Assembly: GCA_964016885.1 (NCBI GenBank)
Contig: OZ024743.1
Coordinates: 337,218,001-337,282,000, forward strand
Reading direction: 5' to 3'
Length of the DNA stretch: 64,000 nt
From: Eledone cirrhosa
Lineage: Eukaryota
In this document: piece after piece, positions 14,001-27,800 of the stretch
How positions within the stretch are numbered: position 1 is the first letter of the stretch
How the letters are laid out: the number at the start of each line of letters is the position of its first letter
Program-made: the position numbers and the translations under genes
Notes under the pieces: model-generated
The model's database searches: none
What the model saw: the letters and a program-made list of their open reading frames with translations, nothing else
Told to the model about the DNA's origin: nothing

Positions 14001-15490
14001 TGGAAAACGAGGGGACCAAAGCTGTTAGCTGGGCCCGCGTGACAGAAGCGAAAAGTGGGATTAGATCCACTATCCGGGCTTTGCGAGACCAGGATGGACG
14101 GGTGTTCCTTGAACCTAAGCAAATGTGTGTGGCTTTCAAAGGCACTTTGCCCGATTGTTCGAAATGGGCGAGGGGCCGGATGGGGATGTGGACTTCGGTC
14201 CATACCTCGACGGCCTGCCGCGTCTTTCGGACGAGGAGGCGAAGTCCTGCGTCCGTCATCTATTACCGCCTGATCGTCGTGCCTTGCCCAAGGGAAACGC
14301 TCACCAAAATGGAGCGCGCACTCTTCCAATTTCTTTGGAAGAAGCGGGCTCCTTTGTTGAGGAGATCCATCTGCTGTCAACACCCTTCGAAAAGAGGGCT
14401 GGGGAGGCCGTGGCTGCTGATGCGTAAACACGCATTAAGGCTACGGCACCTCCAGGTATTCCTCACCGGTCAACCGGTGTGGGCCCCGTTTGTGAGGCGA
14501 GCCTTTCTGAGACTCGTCTCGTTCACCGAGCTGCAGTCCTGGGTCAAGCAAAGACCGAGAAAACTAGGCGCCTGGCACACCGAGTGTGCCCAGGCGCTCA
14601 CGGCTCTCTGGCAGGTGGACCCGGCTATCGGTGGAGACTCCACCTCGTCATTCTATAGAGGGCTGGTGGTTAGCAGGTGCGACGACGCCCTCGGAGAAAC
14701 CCTAGGCGTGGAAGAAGACGAACTGGCCAGCCTATTCAGTAGGGCATTTGGCCCGGGACCTATGGACAACTTCCGGAGGTCCCTGGCCTGGCAGTGCTAC
14801 CGAGGGGCTCTGCCCGTTCGAGAAAAGCTCTACAGACACGGGCGCCCGGGTAGGGACCCCTCGAAAAAGATCTGTCCCAGATGCGTGCGCTACGAGAAAA
14901 CCGTTGCGCACGTATTGGTACACTGCTCGGGCGTTGCCGATCTGTGGGGCTATGTCGAACGACTGCTGTGACGGGTGGGACCAATCCGGTTGACGACCGA
15001 GTCCATTGTAACGATCAAGCCGCCTCCCCCCTTCAAAAATGAAGGAGAGGCGGTCTTCCTCTGTGTAATAGCCATGGTGAAAGAATAGGTATGGTGGACA
15101 CGTTTGAAAGGGCTGAGGTCGGACACCTTTCTCTCCGGCCAACAACTGATCCTTTTCTTTAAATACCATTTTAAGAGAAGGATCAGAATGGAGAGAGAGG
15201 TGCTCTACCCCAGCAAGTTTTATGAAAGGTGGGTGAAAGTAGCGAGAATGGCCCGTGTGAATGGGCCTTCTCTCTTTATCAGCCTGTAGGTGGAAATGTG
15301 CTCCTAAGGAAAAGGGTTGTACACTTCTTGGGGGTGTGTGCGACCCCCAAAACGCCTCCTCCCTATTGAGGACTGTATTGTTAATTTTATATTTGTTATT
15401 TGTTTTTACTCGTTCTTTTATGTACCCCCCCCCCCCTCACTTGTATTTGTCTCCTTCTTTTGTGCCCTCGTGGCTAATAAATAGAAACTT
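11092..15490 (+). mobile_element. Tx1 copy C, both ends present but RT domain deleted
   Basis: 5' end ATAGTATAGACG resembles copies E-G; decayed ORF1 (~11281-13118); ORF2 from 13143 with deletions at ~13330 and ~14250; ends AATAAATAGAAACTT-(ATCT)n. Confidence 0.9.
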
Positions 15491-15502
15491 ATCTATCTAT
15501 CT

Positions 15503-15791
15503 AAATTCGCTGAAAGGTGGGTGAATGTGGCGAAAATGGCCCGAGTGAATGGGCCTTCTCTGTATATAAACCTGTAGGTTGAGGAAGATAAACAGAGAGA
15601 AGACAGGAACACCTACAGAACGTGCTCCTGGTGTTGAGTAATGTTCCCCTATATTGGGGATTTCAATTGTTATTTTATTATATATAGTTTATTGTTATTT
15701 ATTAATGTTAAAGTTATATGATTTTTATGTAAAACCCCGCCATCTTGTAATGTCCCATTTTTGTACGCCCCTGTGTCAAATAAAGAAAGAT
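15503..15791 (+). mobile_element. Short 5'-truncated Tx1 copy D (end of ORF2 plus 3' UTR, B-like)
   Basis: KFAERWVNVAKMARVNGPSLYINL*, then a 3' UTR similar to copy B, ending AATAAAGAAAGAT-ATCTATCTGTCTG. Confidence 0.85.
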
Positions 15792-15796
15792 ATCTA

Positions 15797-15833
<37 letters not shown>

Positions 15834-15840
15834 ATATCTG

Positions 15841-18800
15841 TCTGTCTATCTATCTGTCCGTTTGTCTGACAGTCTGCCTGTCTAACTGACTCCCAGTATG
15901 TCTATCTATCTGTCCGTTTGTCTGTCTGCCTGTCTAACTGACTCCCAGTCTGTCTATCTATCTGTCCGTTTGTCTGACAGTCTGCCTGTCTAACTGACTC
16001 CCAGTCTGTCTATCTATCTGTCCGTTTGTCTGTCTGCCTGTCTAACTGACTCCCAGTCTGTCTATCTATCTGTCCGTTTGTCTGACAGTCTGCCTGTCTA
16101 ACTGACTCCCAGTATGTCTATCTATCTGTCCGTTTGTCTGACAGTCTGCCTGTCTAACTGACCCCCAGTCTGTCTATCTATCTGTCCGTTTGTCTGTCTG
16201 CCTGTCTAACTGACTCCCAGTATGTCTATCTATCTGTCCGTTTGTCTGTCTGCCTGTCTAACTGACTCCCAGTATGTCTATCTATCTGTCCGTTTGTCTG
16301 ACAGTCTGCCTGTCTAACTGACTCCCAGTATGTCTATCTATCTGTCCGTTTGTCTGTCTGCCTGTCTAACTGACTCCCAGTATGTCTATCTATCTGTCCG
16401 TTTGTCTGACAGTCTGCCTGTCTAAATGACCCCCAGTCTGTCTATCTATCTGTCCGTTTGTCTGTCTGCCTGTCTAACTGACTCCCAGTATGTCTATCTA
16501 TCTGTCCGTTTGTCTGTCTGCCTGTCTAACTGACCCCCAGTCTGTCTATCTATCTGTCCGTTTGTCTGTCTGCCTGTCTAACTGACTCCCAGTATGTCTA
16601 TCTATCTGTCCGTTTGTCTGTCTGCCTGTCTAACTGACTCCCAGTATGTCTATCTATCTGTCCGTTTGTCTGTCTGCCTGTCTAACTGACTCCCAGTATG
16701 TCTATCTATATGTCCGTTTGTCTGACAGTCTGCCTGTCTAACTGACTCCCAGTATGTCTATCTATCTGTCCGTTTGTCTGACAGTCTGCCTGTCTAACTG
16801 ACTCCCAGTATGTCTATCTATCTGTCCGTTTGTCTGACAGTCTGCCTGTCTAACTGACTCCCAGTATGTCTATCTATCTGTCCGTTTGTCTGACAGTCTG
16901 CCTGTCTAACTGACTCCCAGTATGTCTATCTATCTGTCCGTTTGTCTGACAGTCTGCCTGTCTAACTGACTCCCAGTATGTCTATCTATCTGTCCGTTTG
17001 TCTGACAGTCTGCCTGTCTAACTGACTCCCAGTATGTCTATCTATCTGTCCGTTTGTCTGACAGTCTGCCTGTCTAACTGACTCCCAGTATGTCTATCTA
17101 TCTGTCCGTTTGTCTGTCTGCCTGTCTAACTGACTCCCAGTCTGTCTATCTATCTGTCCGTTTGTCTGACAGTCTGCCTGTCTAACTGACTCCCAGTATG
17201 TCTATCTATCTGTCCGTTTGTCTGACAGTCTGCCTGTCTAACTGACTCCCAGTATGTCTATCTATCTGTCCGTTTGTCTGTCTGCCTGTCTAACTGACTC
17301 CCAGTATGTCTATCTATCTGTCCGTTTGTCTGACAGTCTGCCTGTCTAACTGACTCCCAGTATGTCTATCTATCTGTCCGTTTGTCTGTCTGCCTGTCTA
17401 ACTGACTCCCAGTCTGTCTATCTATCTGTCCGTTTGTCTGACAGTCTGCCTGTCTAACTGACTCCCAGTATGTCTATCTATCTGTCCGTTTGTCTGACAG
17501 TCTGCCTGTCTAACTGACTCCCAGTATGTCTATCTATCTGTCCGTTTGTCTGACAGTCTGCCTGTCTAACTGACTCCCAGTATGTCTATCTATCTGTCCG
17601 TTTGTCTGACAGTCTGCCTGTCTAACTGACCCCCAGTCTGTCTATCTATCTGTCCGTTTGTCTGACAGTCTGCCTGTCTAACTGACTCCCAGTATGTCTA
17701 TCTATCTGTCCGTTTGTCTGACAGTCTGCCTGTCTAACTGACTCCCAGTATGTCTATCTATCTGTCCGTTTGTCTGACAGTCTGCCTGTCTAACTGACTC
17801 CCAGTATGTCTATCTATCTGTCCGTTTGTCTGACAGTCTGCCTGTCTAACTGACCCCCAGTCTGTCTATCTATCTGTCCGTTTGTCTGACAGTCTGCCTG
17901 TCTAACTGACTCCCAGTATGTCTATCTATCTGTCCGTTTGTCTGACAGTCTGCCTGTCTAACTGACTCCCAGTATGTCTATCTATCTGTCCGTTTGTCTG
18001 ACAGTCTGCCTGTCTAACTGACTCCCAGTATGTCTATCTATCTGTCCGTTTGTCTGACAGTCTGCCTGTCTAACTGACCCCCAGTCTGTCTATCTATCTG
18101 TCCGTTTGTCTGTCTGCCTGTCTAACTGACTCCCAGTATGTCTATCTATCTGTCCGTTTGTCTGTCTGCCTGTCTAACTGACCCCCAGTCTGTCTATCTA
18201 TCTGTCCGTTTGTCTGTCTGCCTGTCTAACTGACTCCCAGTATGTCTATCTATCTGTCCGTTTGTCTGTCTGCCTGTCTAACTGACTCCCAGTATGTCTA
18301 TCTATCTGTCCGTTTGTCTGTCTGCCTGTCTAACTGACTCCCAGTATGTCTATCTATCTGTCCGTTTGTCTGACAGTCTGCCTGTCTAACTGACTCCCAG
18401 TATGTCTATCTATCTGTCCGTTTGTCTGTCTGCCTGTCTAACTGACTCCCAGTCTGTCTATCTATCTGTCCGTTTGTCTGACAGTCTGCCTGTCTAACTG
18501 ACTCCCAGTATGTCTATCTATCTGTCCGTTTGTCTGACAGTCTGCCTGTCTAACTGACTCCCAGTATGTCTATCTATCTGTCCGTTTGTCTGACAGTCTG
18601 CCTGTCTAACTGACTCCCAGTATGTCTATCTATCTGTCCGTTTGTCTGTCTGCCTGTCTAACTGACTCCCAGTCTGTCTATCTATCTGTCCGTTTGTCTG
18701 ACAGTCTGCCTGTCTAACTGACTCCCAGTATGTCTATCTATCTGTCCGTTTGTCTGTCTGCCTGTCTAACTGACTCCCAGTATGTCTATCTATCTGTCCG

Positions 18801-21800
18801 TTTGTCTGTCTGCCTGTCTAACTGACTCCCAGTATGTCTATCTATCTGTCCGTTTGTCTGACAGTCTGCCTGTCTAACTGACCCCCAGTCTGTCTATCTA
18901 TCTGTCCGTTTGTCTGTCTGCCTGTCTAACTGACTCCCAGTCTGTCTATCTATCTGTCCGTTTGTCTGACAGTCTGCCTGTCTAACTGACCCCCAGTCTG
19001 TCTATCTATCTGTCCGTTTGTCTGACAGTCTGCCTGTCTAACTGACCCCCAGTCTGTCTATCTATCTGTCCGTTTGTCTGACAGTCTGCCTGTCTAACTG
19101 ACCCCCAGTATGTCTATCTATCTGTCCGTTTGTCTGTCTGCCTGTCTAACTGACCCCCAGTCTGTCTATCTATCTGTCCGTTTGTCTGACAGTCTGCCTG
19201 TCTAACTGACCCCCAGTATGTCTATCTATCTGTCCGTTTGTCTGACAGTCTGCCTGTCTAACTGACCCCCAGTATGTCTATCTATCTGTCCGTTTGTCTG
19301 TCTGCCTGTCTAACTGACCCCCAGTCTGTCTATCTATCTGTCCGTTTGTCTGTCTGCCTGTCTAACTGACTCCCAGTCTGTCTATCTATCTGTCCGTTTG
19401 TCTGACAGTCTGCCTGTCTAACTGACCCCCAGTCTGTCTATCTATCTGTCCGTTTGTCTGACAGTCTGCCTGTCTAACTGACCCCCAGTCTGTCTATCTA
19501 TCTGTCCGTTTGTCTGACAGTCTGCCTGTCTAACTGACCCCCAGTATGTCTATCTATCTGTCCGTTTGTCTGTCTGCCTGTCTAACTGACCCCCAGTCTG
19601 TCTATCTATCTGTCCGTTTGTCTGACAGTCTGCCTGTCTAACTGACCCCCAGTCTGTCTATCTATCTGTCCGTTTGTCTGTCTGCCTGTCTAACTGACTC
19701 CCAGTCTGTCTATCTATCTGTCCGTTTGTCTGACAGTCTGCCTGTCTAACTGACTCCCAGTCTGTCTATCTATCTGTCCGTTTGTCTGTCTGCCTGTCTA
19801 ACTGACTCCCAGTATGTCTATCTATCTGTCCGTTTGTCTGTCTGCCTGTCTAACTGACCCCCAGTCTGTCTATCTATCTGTCCGTTTGTCTGACAGTCTG
19901 CCTGTCTAACTGACCCCCAGTCTGTCTATCTATCTGTCCGTTTGTCTGACAGTCTGCCTGTCTAACTGACTCCCAGTCTGTCTATCTATCTGTCCGTTTG
20001 TCTGTCTGCCTGTCTAACTGACTCCCAGTCTGTCTATCTATCTGTCCGTTTGTCTGACAGTCTGCCTGTCTAACTGACCCCCAGTCTGTCTATCTATCTG
20101 TCCGTTTGTCTGACAGTCTGCCTGTCTAACTGACTCCCAGTCTGTCTATCTATCTGTCCGTTTGTCTGTCTGCCTGTCTAACTGACTCCCAGTCTGTCTA
20201 TCTATCTGTCCGTTTGTCTGACAGTCTGCCTGTCTAACTGACCCCCAGTCTGTCTATCTATCTGTCCGTTTGTCTGACAGTCTGCCTGTCTAACTGACTC
20301 CCAGTCTGTCTATCTATCTGTCCGTTTGTCTGTCTGCCTGTCTAACTGACCCCCAGTCTGTCTATCTATCTGTCCGTTTGTCTGTCTGCCTGTCTAACTG
20401 ACTCCCAGTCTGTCTATCTATCTGTCCGTTTGTCTGTCTGCCTGTCTAACTGACTCCCAGTCTGTCTATCTATCTGTCCGTTTGTCTGTCTGCCTGTCTA
20501 ACTGACCCCCAGTCTGTCTATCTATCTGTCCGTTTGTCTGACAGTCTGCCTGTCTAACTGACTCCCAGTCTGTCTATCTATCTGTCCGTTTGTCTGTCTG
20601 CCTGTCTAACTGACCCCCAGTCTGTCTATCTATCTGTCCGTTTGTCTGACAGTCTGCCTGTCTAACTGACTCCCAGTCTGTCTATCTATCTGTCCGTTTG
20701 TCTGTCTGCCTGTCTAACTGACCCCCAGTATGTCTATCTATCTGTCCGTTTGTCTGACAGTCTGCCTGTCTAACTGACTCCCAGTCTGTCTATCTATCTG
20801 TCCGTTTGTCTGACAGTCTGCCTGTCTAACTGACTCCCAGTCTGTCTATCTATCTGTCCGTTTGTCTGACAGTCTGCCTGTCTAACTGACTCCCAGTCTG
20901 TCTATCTATCTGTCCGTTTGTCTGTCTGCCTGTCTAACTGACCCCCAGTATGTCTATCTATCTGTCCGTTTGTCTGACAGTCTGCCTGTCTAACTGACTC
21001 CCAGTCTGTCTATCTATCTGTCCGTTTGTCTGTCTGCCTGTCTAACTGACTCCCAGTCTGTCTATCTATCTGTCCGTTTGTCTGACAGTCTGCCTGTCTA
21101 ACTGACTCCCAGTCTGTCTATCTATCTGTCCGTTTGTCTGTCTGCCTGTCTAACTGACTCCCAGTCTGTCTATCTATCTGTCCGTTTGTCTGACAGTCTG
21201 CCTGTCTAACTGACTCCCAGTCTGTCTATCTATCTGTCCGTTTGTCTGTCTGCCTGTCTAACTGACTCCCAGTCTGTCTATCTATCTGTCCGTTTGTCTG
21301 TCTGCCTGTCTAACTGACTCCCAGTCTGTCTATCTATCTGTCCGTTTGTCTGTCTGCCTGTCTAACTGACCCCCAGTCTGTCTATCTATCTGTCCGTTTG
21401 TCTGTCAGTCTGCCTGTCTAACTGACTCCCAGTCTGTCTATCTATCTGTCCGTTTGTCTGTCTGCCTGTCTAACTGACCCCCAGTCTGTCTATCTATCTG
21501 TCCGTTTGTCTGTCTGCCTGTCTAACTGACTCCCAGTCTGTCTATCTATCTGTCCGTTTGTCTGTCTGCCTGTCTAACTGACTCCCAGTCTGTCTATCTA
21601 TCTGTCCGTTTGTCTGTCTGCCTGTCTAACTGACCCCCAGTCTGTCTATCTATCTGTCCGTTTGTCTGTCTGCCTGTCTAACTGACCCCCAGTCTGTCTA
21701 TCTATCTGTCCGTTTGTCTGTCTGCCTGTCTAACTGACCCCCAGTCTGTCTATCTATCTGTCCGTTTGTCTGTCTGCCTGTCTAACTGACCCCCAGTCTG

Positions 21801-24800
21801 TCTATCTATCTGTCCGTTTGTCTGTCTGCCTGTCTAACTGACCCCCAGTCTGTCTATCTATCTGTCCGTTTGTCTGTCTGCCTGTCTAACTGACCCCAGT
21901 CTGTCTATCTATCTGTCCGTTTGTCTGTCTGCCTGTCTAACTGACCCCCAGTCTGTCTATCTATCTGTCCGTTTGTCTGTCTGCCTGTCTAACTGACTCC
22001 CAGTCTGTCTATCTATCTGTCCGTTTGTCTGTCTGCCTGTCTAACTGACTCCCAGTCTGTCTATCTATCTGTCCGTTTGTCTGTCTGCCTGTCTAACTGA
22101 CCCCCAGTCTGTCTATCTATCTGTCCGTTTGTCTGTCTGCCTGTCTAACTGACTCCCAGTCTGTCTATCTATCTGTCCGTTTGTCTGTCTGCCTGTCTAA
22201 CTGACCCCAGTCTGTCTATCTATCTGTCCGTTTGTCTGTCTGCCTGTCTAACTGACCCCCAGTCTGTCTATCTATCTGTCCGTTTGTCTGTCTGCCTGTC
22301 TAACTGACTCCCAGTCTGTCTATCTATCTGTCCGTTTGTCTGTCTGCCTGTCTAACTGACCCCAGTCTGTCTATCTATCTGTCCGTTTGTCTGTCTGCCT
22401 GTCTAACTGACCCCCAGTCTGTCTATCTATCTGTCCGTTTGTCTGTCTGCCTGTCTAACTGACTCCCAGTCTGTCTATCTATCTGTCCGTTTGTCTGTCT
22501 GCCTGTCTAACTGACTCCCAGTCTGTCTATCTATCTGTCCGTTTGTCTGTCTGCCTGTCTAACTGACCCCAGTCTGTCTATCTATCTGTCCGTTTGTCTG
22601 TCTGCCTGTCTAACTGACCCCCAGTCTGTCTATCTATCTGTCCGTTTGTCTGTCTGCCTGTCTAACTGACTCCCAGTCTGTCTATCTATCTGTCCGTTTG
22701 TCTGTCTGCCTGTCTAACTGACTCCCAGTCTGTCTATCTATCTGTCCGTTTGTCTTCTGCCTGTCTAACTGACTCCCAGTCTGTCTATCTATCTGTCCGT
22801 TTGTCTGTCTGCCTGTCTAACTGACTCCCAGTCTGTCTATCTATCTGTCCGTTTGTCTGTCTGCCTGTCTAACTGACCCCCAGTCTGTCTATCTATCTGT
22901 CCGTTTGTCTGTCTGCCTGTCTAACTGACTCCCAGTCTGTCTATCTATCTGTCCGTTTGTCTGTCTGCCTGTCTAACTGACTCCCAGTCTTGTCCTATCT
23001 ATCTGTCCGTTTGTCTGTCTGCCTGTCTAACTGACTCCCAGTCTGTCTATCTATCTGTCCCGTTGTCTGTCTGCCTGTCTAANNNNNNNNNNNNNNNNNN
23101 NNNNNNNNNNNNNNNNNNNNNNNNNNNNNNNNNNNNNNNNNNNNNNNNNNNNNNNNNNNNNNNNNNNNNNNNNNNNNNNNNNNNNNNNNNNNNNNNNNNN
23201 NNNNNNNNNNNNNNNNNNNNNNNNNNNNNNNNNNNNNNNNNNNNNNNNNNNNNNNNNNNNNNNNNNNNNNNNNNNNNNNNNNACTGACCCCCAGTCTGTC
23301 TATCTATCTGTCCGTTTGTCTGACAGTCTGCCTGTCTAACTGACTCCCAGTATGTCTATCTATCTGTCCGTTTGTCTGTCTGCCTGTCTAACTGACCCCC
23401 AGTCTGTCTATCTATCTGTCCGTTTGTCTGTCTGCCTGTCTAACTGACCCCCAGTCTGTCTATCTATCTGTCCGTTTGTCTGTCTGCCTGTCTAACTGAC
23501 TCCCAGTCTGTCTATCTATCTGTCCGTTTGTCTGTCTGCCTGTCTAACTGACCCCCAGTCTGTCTATCTATCTGTCCGTTTGTCTGTCTGCCTGTCTAAC
23601 TGACCCCCAGTCTGTCTATCTATCTGTCCGTTTGTCTGACAGTCTGCCTGTCTAACTGACTCCCAGTCTGTCTATCTATCTGTCCGTTTGTCTGTCTGCC
23701 TGTCTAACTGACCCCCAGTCTGTCTATCTATCTGTCCGTTTGTCTGACAGTCTGCCTGTCTAACTGACCCCCAGTCTGTCTATCTATCTGTCCGTTTGTC
23801 TGACAGTCTGCCTGTCTAACTGACTCCCAGTCTGTCTATCTATCTGTCCGTTTGTCTGTCTGCCTGTCTAACTGACTCCCAGTCTGTCTATCTATCTGTC
23901 CGTTTGTCTGTCTGCCTGTCTAACTGACCCCCAGTCTGTCTATCTATCTGTCCGTTTGTCTGTCTGCCTGTCTAACTGACCCCCAGTCTGTCTATCTATC
24001 TGTCCGTTTGTCTGACAGTCTGCCTGTCTAACTGACTCCCAGTCTGTCTATCTATCTGTCCGTTTGTCTGTCTGCCTGTCTAACTGACTCCCAGTCTGTC
24101 TATCTATCTGTCCGTTTGTCTGTCTGCCTGTCTAACTGACCCCCAGTCTGTCTATCTATCTGTCCGTTTGTCTGACAGTCTGCCTGTCTAACTGACTCCC
24201 AGTCTGTCTATCTATCTGTCCGTTTGTCTGTCTGCCTGTCTAACTGACTCCCAGTCTGTCTATCTATCTGTCCGTTTGTCTGTCTGCCTGTCTAACTGAC
24301 CCCCAGTCTGTCTATCTATCTGTCCGTTTGTCTGTCTGCCTGTCTAACTGACCCCCAGTCTGTCTATCTATCTGTCCGTTTGTCTGACAGTCTGCCTGTC
24401 TAACTGACTCCCAGTCTGTCTATCTATCTGTCCGTTTGTCTGTCTGCCTGTCTAACTGACCCCCAGTCTGTCTATCTATCTGTCCGTTTGTCTGACAGTC
24501 TGCCTGTCTAACTGACCCCCAGTCTGTCTATCTATCTGTCCGTTTGTCTGACAGTCTGCCTGTCTAACTGACTCCCAGTCTGTCTATCTATCTGTCCGTT
24601 TGTCTGTCTGCCTGTCTAACTGACTCCCAGTCTGTCTATCTATCTGTCCGTTTGTCTGTCTGCCTGTCTAACTGACCCCCAGTCTGTCTATCTATCTGTC
24701 CGTTTGTCTGTCTGCCTGTCTAACTGACCCCCAGTCTGTCTATCTATCTGTCCGTTTGTCTGACAGTCTGCCTGTCTAACTGACTCCCAGTCTGTCTATC

Positions 24801-27800
24801 TATCTGTCCGTTTGTCTGTCTGCCTGTCTAACTGACTCCCAGTATGTCTATCTATCTGTCCGTTTGTCTGTCTGCCTGTCTAACTGACCCCCAGTCTGTC
24901 TATCTATCTGTCCGTTTGTCTGACAGTCTGCCTGTCTAACTGACCCCCAGTCTGTCTATCTATCTGTCCGTTTGTCTGACAGTCTGCCTGTCTAACTGAC
25001 CCCCAGTATGTCTATCTATCTGTCCGTTTGTCTGACAGTCTGCCTGTCTAACTGACCCCCAGTATGTCTATCTATCTGTCCGTTTGTCTGACAGTCTGCC
25101 TGTCTAACTGACCCCCAGTATGTCTATCTATCTGTCCGTTTGTCTGTCTGCCTGTCTAACTGACCCCCAGTCTGTCTATCTATCTGTCCGTTTGTCTGAC
25201 AGTCTGCCTGTCTAACTGACCCCCAGTATGTCTATCTATCTGTCCGTTTGTCTGACAGTCTGCCTGTCTAACTGACCCCCAGTATGTCTATCTATCTGTC
25301 CGTTTGTCTGTCTGCCTGTCTAACTGACCCCCAGTCTGTCTATCTATCTGTCCGTTTGTCTGTCTGCCTGTCTAACTGACTCCCAGTCTGTCTATCTATC
25401 TGTCCGTTTGTCTGACAGTCTGCCTGTCTAACTGACCCCCAGTCTGTCTATCTATCTGTCCGTTTGTCTGACAGTCTGCCTGTCTAACTGACCCCCAGTC
25501 TGTCTATCTATCTGTCCGTTTGTCTGACAGTCTGCCTGTCTAACTGACCCCCAGTATGTCTATCTATCTGTCCGTTTGTCTGTCTGCCTGTCTAACTGAC
25601 CCCCAGTCTGTCTATCTATCTGTCCGTTTGTCTGACAGTCTGCCTGTCTAACTGACCCCCAGTCTGTCTATCTATCTGTCCGTTTGTCTGTCTGCCTGTC
25701 TAACTGACTCCCAGTCTGTCTATCTATCTGTCCGTTTGTCTGACAGTCTGCCTGTCTAACTGACTCCCAGTCTGTCTATCTATCTGTCCGTTTGTCTGTC
25801 TGCCTGTCTAACTGACTCCCAGTATGTCTATCTATCTGTCCGTTTGTCTGTCTGCCTGTCTAACTGACCCCCAGTCTGTCTATCTATCTGTCCGTTTGTC
25901 TGACAGTCTGCCTGTCTAACTGACCCCCAGTCTGTCTATCTATCTGTCCGTTTGTCTGACAGTCTGCCTGTCTAACTGACTCCCAGTCTGTCTATCTATC
26001 TGTCCGTTTGTCTGTCTGCCTGTCTAACTGACTCCCAGTCTGTCTATCTATCTGTCCGTTTGTCTGACAGTCTGCCTGTCTAACTGACCCCCAGTCTGTC
26101 TATCTATCTGTCCGTTTGTCTGACAGTCTGCCTGTCTAACTGACTCCCAGTCTGTCTATCTATCTGTCCGTTTGTCTGTCTGCCTGTCTAACTGACTCCC
26201 AGTCTGTCTATCTTTCTGTCCGTTTGTCTGACAGTCTGCCTGTCTAACTGACTCCCAGTCTGTCTATCTATCTGTCCGTTTGTCTGTCTGCCTGTCTAAC
26301 TGACTCCCAGTCTGTCTATCTATCTGTCCGTTTGTCTGTCTGCCTGTCTAACTGACCCCCAGTCTGTCTATCTATCTGTCCGTTTGTCTGTCTGCCTGTC
26401 TAACTGACCCCCAGTCTGTCTATCTATCTGTCCGTTTGTCTGACAGTCTGCCTGTCTAACTGACTCCCAGTCTGTCTATCTATCTGTCCGTTTGTCTGTC
26501 TGCCTGTCTAACTGACTCCCAGTATGTCTATCTATCTGTCCGTTTGTCTGTCTGCCTGTCTAACTGACCCCCAGTCTGTCTATCTATCTGTCCGTTTGTC
26601 TGACAGTCTGCCTGTCTAACTGACCCCCAGTCTGTCTATCTATCTGTCCGTTTGTCTGACAGTCTGCCTGTCTAACTGACCCCCAGTATGTCTATCTATC
26701 TGTCCGTTTGTCTGACAGTCTGCCTGTCTAACTGACCCCCAGTATGTCTATCTATCTGTCCGTTTGTCTGACAGTCTGCCTGTCTAACTGACCCCCAGTA
26801 TGTCTATCTATCTGTCCGTTTGTCTGTCTGCCTGTCTAACTGACCCCCAGTCTGTCTATCTATCTGTCCGTTTGTCTGACAGTCTGCCTGTCTAACTGAC
26901 CCCCAGTATGTCTATCTATCTGTCCGTTTGTCTGACAGTCTGCCTGTCTAACTGACCCCCAGTATGTCTATCTATCTGTCCGTTTGTCTGTCTGCCTGTC
27001 TAACTGACCCCCAGTCTGTCTATCTATCTGTCCGTTTGTCTGTCTGCCTGTCTAACTGACTCCCAGTCTGTCTATCTATCTGTCCGTTTGTCTGACAGTC
27101 TGCCTGTCTAACTGACCCCCAGTCTGTCTATCTATCTGTCCGTTTGTCTGACAGTCTGCCTGTCTAACTGACCCCCAGTCTGTCTATCTATCTGTCCGTT
27201 TGTCTGACAGTCTGCCTGTCTAACTGACCCCCAGTATGTCTATCTATCTGTCCGTTTGTCTGTCTGCCTGTCTAACTGACCCCCAGTCTGTCTATCTATC
27301 TGTCCGTTTGTCTGACAGTCTGCCTGTCTAACTGACCCCCAGTCTGTCTATCTATCTGTCCGTTTGTCTGTCTGCCTGTCTAACTGACTCCCAGTCTGTC
27401 TATCTATCTGTCCGTTTGTCTGACAGTCTGCCTGTCTAACTGACTCCCAGTCTGTCTATCTATCTGTCCGTTTGTCTGTCTGCCTGTCTAACTGACTCCC
27501 AGTATGTCTATCTATCTGTCCGTTTGTCTGTCTGCCTGTCTAACTGACCCCCAGTCTGTCTATCTATCTGTCCGTTTGTCTGACAGTCTGCCTGTCTAAC
27601 TGACCCCCAGTCTGTCTATCTATCTGTCCGTTTGTCTGACAGTCTGCCTGTCTAACTGACTCCCAGTCTGTCTATCTATCTGTCCGTTTGTCTGTCTGCC
27701 TGTCTAACTGACTCCCAGTCTGTCTATCTATCTGTCCGTTTGTCTGACAGTCTGCCTGTCTAACTGACCCCCAGTCTGTCTATCTATCTGTCCGTTTGTC

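Noticed and set aside
23063-23287. ORF across the N run
   Set aside because: Artefact of the assembly gap.
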